A stretch of 32,000 nucleotides of DNA from the NCBI RefSeq assembly GCF_021497505.1, contig NZ_CP069349.1:1211131-1243130 (forward strand), given 5' to 3'. The position numbers were made by a program, and so were the translations under genes. How positions within the stretch are numbered: the first letter of the stretch is position 1; each line of letters starts with the position of its first letter. The stretch is from Turicibacter sp. TJ11 (GTDB lineage: Bacteria; Bacillota_I; Bacilli_A; MOL361; Turicibacteraceae). Shown piece after piece: positions 1 through 8,772 of the stretch. Under the pieces are notes generated by a model, which was given only the letters and a program-made list of their open reading frames with translations, was not told where the DNA came from and did no database searches.

Positions 1-501
1 AAGTTCTTTCGCAATAGCCTCTGTTAACTGTAACACGTATCCTTTTGTAGCATAGTAAGTCGCCATTAATGGACCTGATTGAAAAGCAGCTGTTGAGGCG
101 ACATTTAATATGTATCCTTTATTATTTTTAACAAAATCTTTTAAGAATAGTTTTGTTAAGCAATGAACCGTTTTAATATTTAAATCAATCATGTTCAATT
201 CGTTCTCTAGTTCAAGATTTAAAAACTCACCATATAATCCATATCCTGCGTTATTAATTAAACCAATCACGTTGTAAGCCTGACATTGTTCATAAAGTGA
301 GTAAAGACTTTTAAAATCAGAAAGATCCACTGGTATTGTCACTACCTCACAGTTATACTGCTGTTTAATATCTTCTTTAATTTGATTCAGGCGTTCAGCT
401 CGTCTAGCCACCATGATTAAATCATATCCATGCTCAGCTAACACATAACACATTGCTTCTCCAATTCCCGATGAAGCTCCTGTTACAACAAAATAAGACA
501 C
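1..501 (-). CDS. Short-chain dehydrogenase/reductase (SDR) family oxidoreductase; C-terminus cut by window edge
   Basis: Not in the ORF track because it is open at the edge. My translation runs from GTG at 499-501 (RBS GGAGGG 6 nt upstream) and reads VSYFVVTGASSGIGEAM...LINNAGYG...YYATKGY. It shows the TGxxxGxG, NNAG and YxxxK motifs of classical SDRs. The frame stays open to position 1. Confidence 0.8.
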   Translation of the reverse strand, partial: MSYFVVTGASSGIGEAMCYVLAEHGYDLIMVARRAERLNQIKEDIKQQYNCEVVTIPVDLSDFKSLYSLYEQCQAYNVIGLINNAGYGLYGEFLNLELENELNMIDLNIKTVHCLTKLFLKDFVKNNKGYILNVASTAAFQSGPLMATYYATKGYVLQLTEAIAKEL

Positions 502-514
502 ATTTATCCCTCCT

Positions 515-573
515 TTAAAATAAAAAGAAGAAAGCAAAACTATATTTTAAACAAATAAAGTTTTGCTTTCTTC
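515..573 (-). terminator. Rho-independent terminator downstream of rnc
   Basis: Perfect 14-bp inverted repeat: GAAGAAAGCAAAAC (527-540) and GTTTTGCTTTCTTC (560-573). A T-rich tract follows on the minus strand. Confidence 0.7.
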
Positions 574-583
574 CTGCATCTGA

Positions 584-1294
584 CTATTTTTTCTCACATG
601 ATTTAGCTAAGATTTCAATAGCACCTTTAGCGGCTTGTTGTTCCGCCTCTTTTTTCGTTTTACCAATTCCACGTCCTAGCGTAATACCATCTAATAAAAC
701 GATGGATTCAAATGAACGGTTATGAGCTGGCCCCGTTTCAGAGACAATACGATACTCAATTGCCTTTTTAGAATCAGCCTGTACAAGCTCTTGTAACGTA
801 CTCTTATAATCAAACACTTGTGTGACTGAACCTTGTTGATAGGCGTTATGAATAATTTCATGAACAAATGAATAAACAACATCCATTCCTAAATCAAGGT
901 ACATTGCCCCAATAAAAGCTTCAAATGCATCCGCTAATACAGTTGGACGCTCACGTCCACCTGAATTTTCTTCTCCACGCCCAAGCAACATTAATTGCCC
1001 AAGATTTAAATTGCGTGCATAAGACTCTAGAGACGGCTCACAGACTAATTGGGCACGAATTTTAGTCATTTCCCCTTCAGATAACGCAGGTTTTAAATTA
1101 AATAAATAATTTGATACGGTCAGCTCTAACACAGCATCTCCTAAATATTCAAGACGTTCATTATCTTCAATTTTTAAGTGACGATGCTCATTCACATAAG
1201 ATGAATGCGTAAATGCCTGACAATAACGATCCAATTGTTTAAATGGAATCTTATTTTCAGTTAAAAACTCCGTTAATTGATCTAAATATGCCAT
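584..1294 (-). CDS. rnc: Ribonuclease III
   Basis: RNase III signature ERLEYLGDAVLEL and a C-terminal dsRBD-like region. Start moved to ATG 1294 (MAYLDQ...) because GGAGGTG lies 6 nt upstream. The ORF-track start at 1309 falls inside that RBS. Confidence 0.95.
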   Translation of the reverse strand: MAYLDQLTEFLTENKIPFKQLDRYCQAFTHSSYVNEHRHLKIEDNERLEYLGDAVLELTVSNYLFNLKPALSEGEMTKIRAQLVCEPSLESYARNLNLGQLMLLGRGEENSGGRERPTVLADAFEAFIGAMYLDLGMDVVYSFVHEIIHNAYQQGSVTQVFDYKSTLQELVQADSKKAIEYRIVSETGPAHNRSFESIVLLDGITLGRGIGKTKKEAEQQAAKGAIEILAKSCEKK

Positions 1295-1323
1295 ATTTTT
1301 CACCTCCATTCAAAGTCCAAATA

Positions 1324-1352
1324 ATTATAACCCTTTTCCTGTTATTACACAA
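1324..1352 (-). promoter_or_regulatory. Putative sigma-A promoter for rnc (TTGTGT-17-TATAAT)
   Basis: On the minus strand, TATAAT is the reverse complement of 1324-1329. TTGTGT is the reverse complement of 1347-1352, giving a 17-nt spacer. The -10 lies about 30 nt upstream of the rnc start. Confidence 0.4.
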
Positions 1353-1373
1353 GCTATTCAGCGTGAGTTGATA

Positions 1374-1410
1374 GATTTCGACGAAAATAGATGAGATTTT
1401 CGCCGGAATC
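1374..1410 (-). other. 15-bp stem-loop 6 nt downstream of the plsX stop, with no U-tract
   Basis: GATTTCGACGAAAAT (1374-1388) pairs with ATTTTCGCCGGAATC (1396-1410). There is one mismatch and one position that is a G-U wobble or a mismatch depending on strand. The loop is 7 nt. Confidence 0.5.
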
Positions 1411-1415
1411 ACTAA

Positions 1416-2420
1416 CTATTTCTCCTCTGCTTTTAAAGCCTCACTAATTTTTGAAACAACATCTTGAACCACTGTTTCACGTGCTTGACGAATGGCATTC
1501 ATTAAAGCAACTGAATCAGACGATCCATGCGCCTTAATCACAGGTGCTGAAACTCCAAGTAAAATTCCTCCACCCACTTCTGATGCATCCATACGTTTTT
1601 TAATACGTGCAAAAGCAGGCTTTAATAATAAAGCACCAATTTTCCCACGAGTTGAAGACATTAGCTCTTCTTTAATTAATGATAATAGTGATTTTGAAGT
1701 TCCTTCTACTGATTTTAACGCAATGTTTCCTGAATAACCATCAGCAACGATAATATCAACTTCTCCTGAAATCATTGTTTTTCCTTCCATATTTCCAACA
1801 AAGTTGATTGTTTGATCAGCAGCAATTAAAGCAAAGGCTTCTTTTTGTAAGTCTGTTCCTTTTCCATCCTCTGTTCCAATATTTAAAAGAGCTACGGTTG
1901 GATTTTGAATATGCATCACTTCACGTGCATAAATCGATGCAATTTTAGCATTTTGATATAAATACTGTGGTTTCCCTTCACTCGTTGCACCAGCGTCACA
2001 TAAAATAGTATATTTATTTTCTTTAATCGTTGGCATGATTGGTGCTAAAGCTGGACGTTCCACTTCTTTTAATCGCTTAACGACTAATGTTCCCGCTGCA
2101 ATTAACGCACCTGTTGCTCCAGCTGAAACGACCGCATCAATCTCACCTGTTTTTGCATCTTTACACGCGCGAACCATCGATGAATCTTTATATTTTCGAA
2201 TTGCCATCGCAGGATCTTTAATATCCATTGGAATGACTTCCTCACAATGAGCAATTTTAATACGATCGTGTGATGATTTCATGAATTTTTTTATCTCTGA
2301 TTCAATTCCATATAAAGTAATTTCAATATCATCAAACTTTTCAACAGCAGCATAGGCTCCTAAGACTGTTTGTTCAGGTGCAAAATCGCCACCCATTGCA
2401 TCTAATCCAATTTTAATCAT
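1416..2420 (-). CDS. plsX: Phosphate acyltransferase PlsX
   Basis: 334 aa. N-terminal IGLDAMGGD motif and overall PlsX-like sequence. RBS AGGTGA lies 8 nt upstream of the ATG. Confidence 0.93.
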   Translation of the reverse strand: MIKIGLDAMGGDFAPEQTVLGAYAAVEKFDDIEITLYGIESEIKKFMKSSHDRIKIAHCEEVIPMDIKDPAMAIRKYKDSSMVRACKDAKTGEIDAVVSAGATGALIAAGTLVVKRLKEVERPALAPIMPTIKENKYTILCDAGATSEGKPQYLYQNAKIASIYAREVMHIQNPTVALLNIGTEDGKGTDLQKEAFALIAADQTINFVGNMEGKTMISGEVDIIVADGYSGNIALKSVEGTSKSLLSLIKEELMSSTRGKIGALLLKPAFARIKKRMDASEVGGGILLGVSAPVIKAHGSSDSVALMNAIRQARETVVQDVVSKISEALKAEEK

Positions 2421-2497
2421 TAATTAATTCACCTATTTCCTCTATTTTATTTGCTAATAAACATTATAAACCATTTTAGATCAGAAAGAATACCATT

Positions 2498-4543
2498 TTA
2501 ATCAAATTGATGCATTTCATTTGCAACGGTTTCTTGAATATAGTCTCGTAATGATAAAAATTCATTATTATGATAAAACTCGTCACTGCTCACTAAACGA
2601 TAAGCATCTTGCATGGCGACTTCTAAAATATTGTAGTCTTCAATTAGATCTGCCATTTTAAAAACAGGTGCTCCCGATTGCTTCTCACCAAAAAAATCAC
2701 CTGGTCCACGTAATTTTAAATCTGCCTCAGCAATTTCAAATCCATCCGTCGTTCCCGTCATAATTTTCAAGCGTTCTAAACTCTGCTCATTTTTGATGTC
2801 ACTCATTAATAAACAATAAGCTTGCTGACTTCCACGTCCAACGCGACCTCTTAGCTGATGCAATTGTGACAATCCAAATCGGTGAGCATCATAAATCAGC
2901 ATCAGGTTAGCATTCGGGACGTTCACCCCAACTTCAATGACCGTTGTTGAAATTAAAATTTGTGAACGGTTAGCTACGAAATCTTCCATCACAGCATCTT
3001 TTTCAGCCTGTGATAAGCGACCGTGCATGAGTCCAACGTTAGCACGTCCCTTAAAATGATGTTGCCATAAGTGATAGACTTCAACTGCGTTTTGAACATC
3101 CATGACCTCAGATTCCTCAATAAGTGGGGTAATAACATAGGCTTGCTGACCTTGATCCAAAATATTTTCTTGAATAAATCCCAGTGCTCGATCAAGCTTT
3201 GAGCTATCCATTAAAAATGTTTCAACCGGCTTTCGACCTTGAGGAAGTTGATTAATAATTGACACATCCATATCACCGAAAGCAGAAATGGCTAATGTTC
3301 TCGGAATAGGGGTCGCGGTCATCATTAAGACATCAACAAACTCCCCTTTTTCTCGTAACATCTTTCGTTGATTGACACCAAATCGGTGCTGTTCATCAGT
3401 GATGACTAATCCTAAGTTTTTAAACGCGACATCCTGTTGAATAATGGCATGTGTCCCGATAATTAAATGAATCTCACCTGCTGCTAATCCTTCTAAAATC
3501 TCACGACGACGTCGCCCTTTAACCGAGCTACTTAAAAACTCTATTTTAAATCCTTCATATGGACCAAATAACTCAACAAGTGATTTATAATGCTGTTGGC
3601 CTAAAATCTCAGTAGGTACCATTAATGCGGTCTGGTAGCCTGAAAGCATGACCATTAATAAACTGACCGCTGCAACAACGGTTTTTCCCGAACCTACATC
3701 TCCTTGTAATAAGCGATTCATCCGACTTCCTGATTGTAAATCTTTTTTAATTTCACCGATTACTTTTAGCTGCGCATCCGTTAACTCAAAGGGAAGTTGA
3801 TTAATAAACTCGCTCACTTGTTGCTCATCAAAAACTTTTTCTGCTCCTTGACGCTCACATTTGGTCTGGTAACGTAAATATTGTAATTTTAATTGAAATT
3901 TTAAAAGCTCTTCATATTTAATCCGACGCTTAACTTGTCGAATTTGTTCTTTGTTTTCTGGAAAATGTGAAAACAATACCGCATCTTCATAAGAAATCAG
4001 GCGATACTGCTGTTTTAGTTGCAACGGTAAATCGTCCTCGATTTGAGTTTTATACTGATCATAAGCTGACTTTAAAATTTTTTTAAATGTTTTTAATGGA
4101 ACTTCCTTTAAAGAATAGACGGGTTCAATCCCTCGTCCTTCTGATGATCCAATTTTAATATCCGTTGCAGTAATGACTTTTCGACCGAGATCCCATTTCC
4201 CTGTGACCGTAATCAGTGTATCAAGTTTTAGTTGATTTTTCAAAAAGGTTCGATTGAAAACAACTACTTTGACGACTTCATGATTCACTAAGACATTAAA
4301 CGTCATTCGTGCTTTCATTTTCCCATAATACTGAACTTGACAAGCCGTAATCACTTTCGCTTCAACTGTGATTTTTTCTTCATGCATGGCGCGATGAATG
4401 TCAATTAACTCATAATTCTCGTAGCGATAAGGAAAATACTCTAGCAAATCCTTCACACTTTTAATTTTAAGCTGGTGAAGTTTTTCAAGAAGTGAAGGAC
4501 CTACACCTTTTACTTTTTCTACTGGAATCGCTGCTAGTGACAT
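2498..4543 (-). CDS. recG: ATP-dependent DNA helicase RecG
   Basis: Walker A GDVGSGKT and the DEQHRFG box, with an N-terminal wedge/OB region. Start moved to ATG 4543 (MSLAAIPVEK), which has GAGG 10 nt upstream. The track start at 4561 is a TTG overlapping that RBS. Confidence 0.95.
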   Translation of the reverse strand: MSLAAIPVEKVKGVGPSLLEKLHQLKIKSVKDLLEYFPYRYENYELIDIHRAMHEEKITVEAKVITACQVQYYGKMKARMTFNVLVNHEVVKVVVFNRTFLKNQLKLDTLITVTGKWDLGRKVITATDIKIGSSEGRGIEPVYSLKEVPLKTFKKILKSAYDQYKTQIEDDLPLQLKQQYRLISYEDAVLFSHFPENKEQIRQVKRRIKYEELLKFQLKLQYLRYQTKCERQGAEKVFDEQQVSEFINQLPFELTDAQLKVIGEIKKDLQSGSRMNRLLQGDVGSGKTVVAAVSLLMVMLSGYQTALMVPTEILGQQHYKSLVELFGPYEGFKIEFLSSSVKGRRRREILEGLAAGEIHLIIGTHAIIQQDVAFKNLGLVITDEQHRFGVNQRKMLREKGEFVDVLMMTATPIPRTLAISAFGDMDVSIINQLPQGRKPVETFLMDSSKLDRALGFIQENILDQGQQAYVITPLIEESEVMDVQNAVEVYHLWQHHFKGRANVGLMHGRLSQAEKDAVMEDFVANRSQILISTTVIEVGVNVPNANLMLIYDAHRFGLSQLHQLRGRVGRGSQQAYCLLMSDIKNEQSLERLKIMTGTTDGFEIAEADLKLRGPGDFFGEKQSGAPVFKMADLIEDYNILEVAMQDAYRLVSSDEFYHNNEFLSLRDYIQETVANEMHQFD

Positions 4544-4606
4544 GTCATCACATCCTCTCAATTTTTATGAAATAAATTTAGTAAACATTTGTTCTGTCTT
4601 ATCTTT

Positions 4607-4635
4607 ATTTTAGCATAAACAAATTAGCCATTCAA
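4607..4635 (-). promoter_or_regulatory. Putative sigma-A promoter for recG (TTGAAT-17-TAAAAT)
   Basis: On the minus strand, TTGAAT is the reverse complement of 4630-4635. TAAAAT is the reverse complement of 4607-4612. The spacer is 17 nt. Confidence 0.4.
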
Positions 4636-4640
4636 AGCAT

Positions 4641-4669
4641 AAAAAAGACGCAAGCTTTAAACTTACGCC
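4641..4669 (-). terminator. Rho-independent terminator downstream of the DAK2-domain gene
   Basis: On the minus-strand RNA, GGCGUAAG pairs with CUUGCGUC (8 bp including two G-U pairs). A run of six U follows. Confidence 0.55.
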
Positions 4670-4678
4670 TTTTAACAA

Positions 4679-6316
4679 CTATTCTACAGAAATGATGTAT
4701 GAATAAACAGGTTGTTGACCTTCAAAAATTGTTACTTCAACATCTTCAAATTTATTTTCAATATATTCTGCTAACTCATCTGCTTCATCTTCATCGACAC
4801 CTTCTCCGAAAAGAATTGTGACGATTTCGCTATCTTCATCGATCATTTGATCCACTAAGGCACAAGCACTTTCGAAGCGACTTGGAACAGAAACCACAAT
4901 ATCTTTATCTAAAATTCCGATAAAGTCATTTTCTTTAATATCTACACCATTCATTTGTGTATCACGAACAGCATAAGTTACTTGTCCAGACTTAACTTCT
5001 GCAATGGCTTGAGTCATTTCTTCAGTATTATCTTCAACTGAAGCATTCTCATTGAACATCATTAATGCTGTATATCCTTGTGGAATTGTTTTTGATGGAA
5101 CAACAACTACATTCACATCTTCAGTTACTTGTGCAGCTTGGTTAGCGGCCATAATAATATTACTATTATTCGGTAATATGATAATGTTTTTTGCATTTAA
5201 TTCATCAATTGCTTTTAAGAAGTCTTCTGTTGAAGGGTTCATTGTTTGTCCACCTTCGATCACATAATGACATCCTTGTTCTTCAAATAAATTTTTAATT
5301 CCTTCACCGGCTACAACTGAAATAATTCCATATTCAGCTTGTTCACGTTTAGCTGGTGCTTCTTGTGGTGCATTTTGTCCGATGATTTCATTATGTTGCT
5401 CAGTCATGTTTTCAATTTTTAACTTCATGAATTCACCATGTTTTTGAGCTAAATTTAATGCTTCACCTGGAGTTAACGTATGAACATGAACTTTAACGAT
5501 ATCTTCATCTTGAACGACTACAATTGAGTTTCCTAATTTTTCTAAACGTCCACGGAAAACATCTTCTTTGAATGGTGTACGTTTTTCATCAATTCGTAAA
5601 ATAAACTCTGTACAGTAACCAAACTCAGCTTCATCATTTGATAAAGCCATTTGTGCAGATTCTGCGTTTGTTTCTGTTACTTCTTCTAAGGCAATCGTTT
5701 CACCTTTTAATGCTTTTAAGAATCCTTCAAAAATATAAGTTAATCCTTGTCCACCACTATCTACTACCCCTACTTCTTTTAAAACAGGTAATAATTCTGG
5801 TGTACGATCTAATGAAACTTGCATTTCGCTAACCACTAATTCATATAAATCAACAATTGAATCAACTGTTTCATATTTTTCAACCGCAGCTTCAGCTGAC
5901 TCACGAGCAACCGTTAAGATCGTTCCTTCAACAGGTTTCATAACTGCTTTATAAGCTGTTTTAACTCCGCTTTCTAATGCTTTTGCAATCTCTTCGATGT
6001 TCGCTTCATCTTTCCCCTCAAGACCTGTTGCAAATCCTCTAAATAACTGAGATAAGATAACACCTGAGTTTCCACGTGCGCCCATTAATAACCCACGTGA
6101 TAACACTTTAGCTACTTTACCGATTGAGGCTTCTTCTAAAGAAACTAATGCTTTAGCTCCAGCTGTCATTGTCATACTCATGTTCGTCCCTGTATCTCCA
6201 TCTGGAACTGGGAAAACATTAAGTTGATCAACGTATTTTGATTTATTCGCTAAGTTGTTAGCTCCGTTAATTACCATTTGCTTAAATAAAATACCATTAA
6301 TTTGTTTTAACGACAT
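4679..6316 (-). CDS. yloV: DAK2 (DhaL-like) domain fusion protein, YloV family
   Basis: 545 aa. N-terminal DhaL-type motif DGDTGTNM. It lies next to an Asp23-family gene, as in the Bacillus yloU-yloV pair. Confidence 0.88.
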   Translation of the reverse strand: MSLKQINGILFKQMVINGANNLANKSKYVDQLNVFPVPDGDTGTNMSMTMTAGAKALVSLEEASIGKVAKVLSRGLLMGARGNSGVILSQLFRGFATGLEGKDEANIEEIAKALESGVKTAYKAVMKPVEGTILTVARESAEAAVEKYETVDSIVDLYELVVSEMQVSLDRTPELLPVLKEVGVVDSGGQGLTYIFEGFLKALKGETIALEEVTETNAESAQMALSNDEAEFGYCTEFILRIDEKRTPFKEDVFRGRLEKLGNSIVVVQDEDIVKVHVHTLTPGEALNLAQKHGEFMKLKIENMTEQHNEIIGQNAPQEAPAKREQAEYGIISVVAGEGIKNLFEEQGCHYVIEGGQTMNPSTEDFLKAIDELNAKNIIILPNNSNIIMAANQAAQVTEDVNVVVVPSKTIPQGYTALMMFNENASVEDNTEEMTQAIAEVKSGQVTYAVRDTQMNGVDIKENDFIGILDKDIVVSVPSRFESACALVDQMIDEDSEIVTILFGEGVDEDEADELAEYIENKFEDVEVTIFEGQQPVYSYIISVE

Positions 6317-6330
6317 GAATAATACTCCTC

Positions 6331-6696
6331 CTAGCGATCTAACCCTTTAACTCCTTGCACAAACACATTAACTTCTTTAACATGTTCTCCGAAAGTTTTT
6401 TCGATCACATACTGAACTTTTTTCTGAATTTCAAAACAAACTTCTGAAACTTTAATACCAATTCCAACGATGACATATAAGTCAACAATTAGTTTATTAT
6501 TTTCATCTGCGCGTAGTGTAACACCTTTGCTATAATTCTCTTTTCCTAAAACAACAGCTAATCCATCTTTAACTAAATTTTTAGAAGCCATTCCAACTAC
6601 ACCGTAACATTCAGTTGTTGCATTTCCAATGACTGTTGAAAGAGCATCTCTTGAAATGTCAATTCGACCATATTCATTTTTAATTTGGACTGTCAT
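6331..6696 (-). CDS. yloU: Asp23/Gls24 family envelope stress protein (YloU-like)
   Basis: Asp23-family sequence (ALSTVIGNATTECYGVVGM...). Start moved to ATG 6696, which has GGGAGG 10 nt upstream. The track start at 6705 is a TTG abutting that RBS. Confidence 0.88.
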   Translation of the reverse strand: MTVQIKNEYGRIDISRDALSTVIGNATTECYGVVGMASKNLVKDGLAVVLGKENYSKGVTLRADENNKLIVDLYVIVGIGIKVSEVCFEIQKKVQYVIEKTFGEHVKEVNVFVQGVKGLDR

Positions 6697-6735
6697 AGGT
6701 GACAAACCTCCCTTAGCGCTATTTTCTTAAGTTCA

Positions 6736-6764
6736 ATTTTACTATATATTATACACATTGACAA
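6736..6764 (-). promoter_or_regulatory. Putative sigma-A promoter for the yloU-yloV operon (TTGTCA-17-TAAAAT)
   Basis: On the minus strand, TTGTCA is the reverse complement of 6759-6764. TAAAAT is the reverse complement of 6736-6741. The spacer is 17 nt. Confidence 0.5.
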
Positions 6765-6835
6765 ATATAAAATGCCATCTCCTCATCGGAAAACCAACTT
6801 CTCATCACTATTCTTTGCAATTCTTTCAAAAAAAC

Positions 6836-6864
6836 TTGCTAATCAACAAAAAGTATGATAAATT
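6836..6864 (+). promoter_or_regulatory. Putative sigma-A promoter for rpmB (TTGCTA-17-TAAATT, TG-extended)
   Basis: TTGCTA at 6836-6841 and TAAATT at 6859-6864, with TG at 6856-6857. AAGGAGG RBS lies at 6894-6900. Confidence 0.45.
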
Positions 6865-6909
6865 AATAGGAGTCTTAGATAAGAATGTGAAGTAAGGAGG
6901 TTTTTACTA

Positions 6910-7101
6910 ATGGCTCGTGTTTGTACAGTTACTGGACGTCGTACTAAAACAGGAAACGCTCGTTCACACGCTATGAACGCTTCAAAACGTACTTGGAAGT
7001 CTAACGTTCAAAAAGTTAAAATCTTAGTAAACGGTAAACCTAAAAAAGTATACGTTTCTGCTCGCGCATTAAAATCAGGAAAAGTAGAACGCGTTTATTA
7101 A
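6910..7101 (+). CDS. rpmB: 50S ribosomal protein L28
   Basis: 63 aa. [29 protein letters not shown]... is typical L28. Strong RBS. Confidence 0.97.
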   Translation: MARVCTVTGRRTKTGNARSHAMNASKRTWKSNVQKVKILVNGKPKKVYVSARALKSGKVERVY

Positions 7102-7148
7102 TAACATAAAAAAGGTTATCTCTTCGGAGATAACCTTTTTTATGTTAT
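7101..7148. terminator. Bidirectional rho-independent terminator (rpmB on +, small-ORF cluster on -)
   Basis: Near-perfect 48-nt palindrome ATAACATAAAAAAGGTTATCTC-TTCG-GAGATAACCTTTTTTATGTTAT. The core is a GC stem with A and T runs on either side. Confidence 0.85.
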
Positions 7149-7183
7149 TAATCTGCTTCATTTTAAAACTTTTAATGCGCACT

Positions 7184-7567
7184 TTACTCAATAGAAATAT
7201 GAATTTGAGCGTTATTCGTGTCAATCGTCATTAGCTCTTCTTTACTTTGAGAATCAACTAACAATAAAAGATCATCAATCTTTAAATCAATCTCTTCTCC
7301 TAGTTTAGCTTTTAGTTGCTTTTGAACGACTCCCGTTTTTAAAAAGACTTTCGCTAAACGTAGAGGAAACTTAAATTGAACATCCTCTTTTTCTCCTGCT
7401 TTTTTTGTTAAAATGTCTATTTTCAAAAATCGTCCTATTGAATTAGTATCTATCGGTTTCTTTTCTAACTGATTTTTATCCATCGCTTGAATTAATTTTT
7501 GACCTTCCTCTGCTGTAATGGTTCCGGCTTCAATCATCTTTAACACTTGGCTGAATTCTTGATTCAA
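7184..7567 (-). CDS. Small SHOCT-like-motif protein, paralog 3 of 3 (function unknown)
   Basis: The ORF track gives 7184..7618. I prefer TTG 7567, with GAGAGG 9 nt upstream, giving MNQEFSQVLKMIEAGTITAEEG. That puts it in exactly the same register as paralog 2 (MEKEIEKIMKMIERGTITANDG). ATG alternatives are at 7618, 7576 and 7573. Confidence 0.7.
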   Translation of the reverse strand: MNQEFSQVLKMIEAGTITAEEGQKLIQAMDKNQLEKKPIDTNSIGRFLKIDILTKKAGEKEDVQFKFPLRLAKVFLKTGVVQKQLKAKLGEEIDLKIDDLLLLVDSQSKEELMTIDTNNAQIHISIE

Positions 7568-7621
7568 TTTCATCATCCTCTCTACTGTAAATCGTTTATT
7601 TCTTATCCTTTGAAACATTAT

Positions 7622-7999
7622 TCATTTCACTGAAACTTGAATACTCGTTGAATTTGTTTGCAAGCTCATAATTTCATCGGTATCTTGCTGATTAATTAAC
7701 TCTATTAATTCATCTAAATCGATCTCTAAGTCGGAGTTTAATGGTGACTTAATTTGTTTTTGAATACATTTCATTTTTAATATTGACTGAGTTAATCGAA
7801 GGGGGATGTTAATATCAATGACTTGATCAATCTCATAACTATTTATATTAATATGTAACATCTGTCCCAACATTTTCTTTTTTCTCTCTTTGACTTGATG
7901 TTTTCCTTTATTAATGGCTTGAAGTAATTGTTGGCCATCGTTTGCAGTAATCGTTCCACGTTCAATCATCTTCATGATTTTTTCAATTTCTTTTTCCAT
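7622..7999 (-). CDS. Small SHOCT-like-motif protein, paralog 2 of 3 (function unknown)
   Basis: 125 aa. RBS AAAGGAGGGGAG lies just upstream of ATG 7999. It aligns by eye with paralog 3 across the N-terminal motif, the IPLRL..LK segment and the C-terminal IDLDELIELI...IQVSVK. Confidence 0.75.
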   Translation of the reverse strand: MEKEIEKIMKMIERGTITANDGQQLLQAINKGKHQVKERKKKMLGQMLHININSYEIDQVIDINIPLRLTQSILKMKCIQKQIKSPLNSDLEIDLDELIELINQQDTDEIMSLQTNSTSIQVSVK

Positions 8000-8083
8000 C
8001 TTCTCCCCTCCTTTGACGTTTGGTATGTTGATTTTCAGTTTTTATATGAGAAGAAATTTTATAAGAAACTTAAGCGTTTATTC

Positions 8084-8458
8084 CTATCTCGTCATAATTT
8101 GAATTTTCTTATCTTTTGCCTGAATACTAATGACTTCTAGTGGCGGGTACTCTTTCATCATTTGTAACACTTCTTCAAGATGCATTAATATTGTATCTAA
8201 CTCTTCTTTACTATATTGAGCTTGACCTTCCTCTACATCTAATTGAATAAAAGAGGCACATAATTTAAAAAAATGCTTAACGAATCCAAAAGAAACACCA
8301 GGTAATGATCGCTTTCTTTTGCCATCCATGAAATATAATTTTAGTTTTTTAACTTGTTGTTTTTGCTGACGTTTGGATTCTTTTTCAATCTCTTTAATGG
8401 CTTTTGCTACACTCAAATGTCTTTTTTCAACTTCCTCTAAGATAGATAGGTAGGACAT
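8084..8458 (-). CDS. Small SHOCT-like-motif protein, diverged paralog 1 of 3 (function unknown)
   Basis: Start moved to ATG 8458 (MSYLSILEEVEK), with GGAGGAG 6 nt upstream. The track start at 8476 is a TTG overlapping the 5' edge of the extended RBS (GAAGGAGGAG). Same length class and same three-part layout as paralogs 2 and 3. Confidence 0.7.
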   Translation of the reverse strand: MSYLSILEEVEKRHLSVAKAIKEIEKESKRQQKQQVKKLKLYFMDGKRKRSLPGVSFGFVKHFFKLCASFIQLDVEEGQAQYSKEELDTILMHLEEVLQMMKEYPPLEVISIQAKDKKIQIMTR

Positions 8459-8618
8459 TAAATTCTCCTCCTTCAAACTTAAATCATTTTCTTAATTTCT
8501 AGATTTTTAACTAAACAACTATCACACTTTTTATTTTTACGATCATCTACCTTAAGTTTATGATTCATAAGCTAAAAGGATGAAAAAATCGGCTTTGATC
8601 TTACTGCCTTTTAAGTAT

Positions 8619-8651
8619 AAAAAAATAGTTGCCGATTTAATCGACAACTAT
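8619..8651 (-). terminator. Rho-independent terminator of spoVM
   Basis: ATAGTTGCCGAT-TTA-ATCGACAACTAT forms a 12-bp stem with one mismatch. It is flanked by A and T runs and begins immediately after the spoVM stop codon. Confidence 0.75.
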
Positions 8652-8653
8652 TT

Positions 8654-8734
8654 TTAGTGTTTTTTAAACATGTTCATAATACCTACAACGATCGCACTGA
8701 TCCACTTTGGTAATTTAATGGTATAAAATCTCAT
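8654..8734 (-). CDS. spoVM: Stage V sporulation protein M (26-aa amphipathic peptide)
   Basis: Absent from the ORF track because it is too short. My translation is MRFYTIKLPKWISAIVVGIMNMFKKH. B. subtilis SpoVM, from memory, is MKFYTIKLPKFLGGIVRAMLGSFRKD, also 26 aa. RBS GGGAGTGG lies 5 nt upstream. It sits in the same thiN/rpmB slot as in Bacillus and has its own terminator. Confidence 0.85.
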   Translation of the reverse strand: MRFYTIKLPKWISAIVVGIMNMFKKH

Positions 8735-8772
8735 CTCATCCACTCCCTGTTCAACGATATTAATTACTGTAC

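Noticed and set aside
8477-8618. Search for sigma-A, E, F, G or K promoters upstream of the small-ORF triplet, plus two sORFs of about 25-29 codons in this gap.
   Set aside because: No hexamer pair matched any consensus with correct spacing. The sORFs have no RBS, or one with zero spacing.
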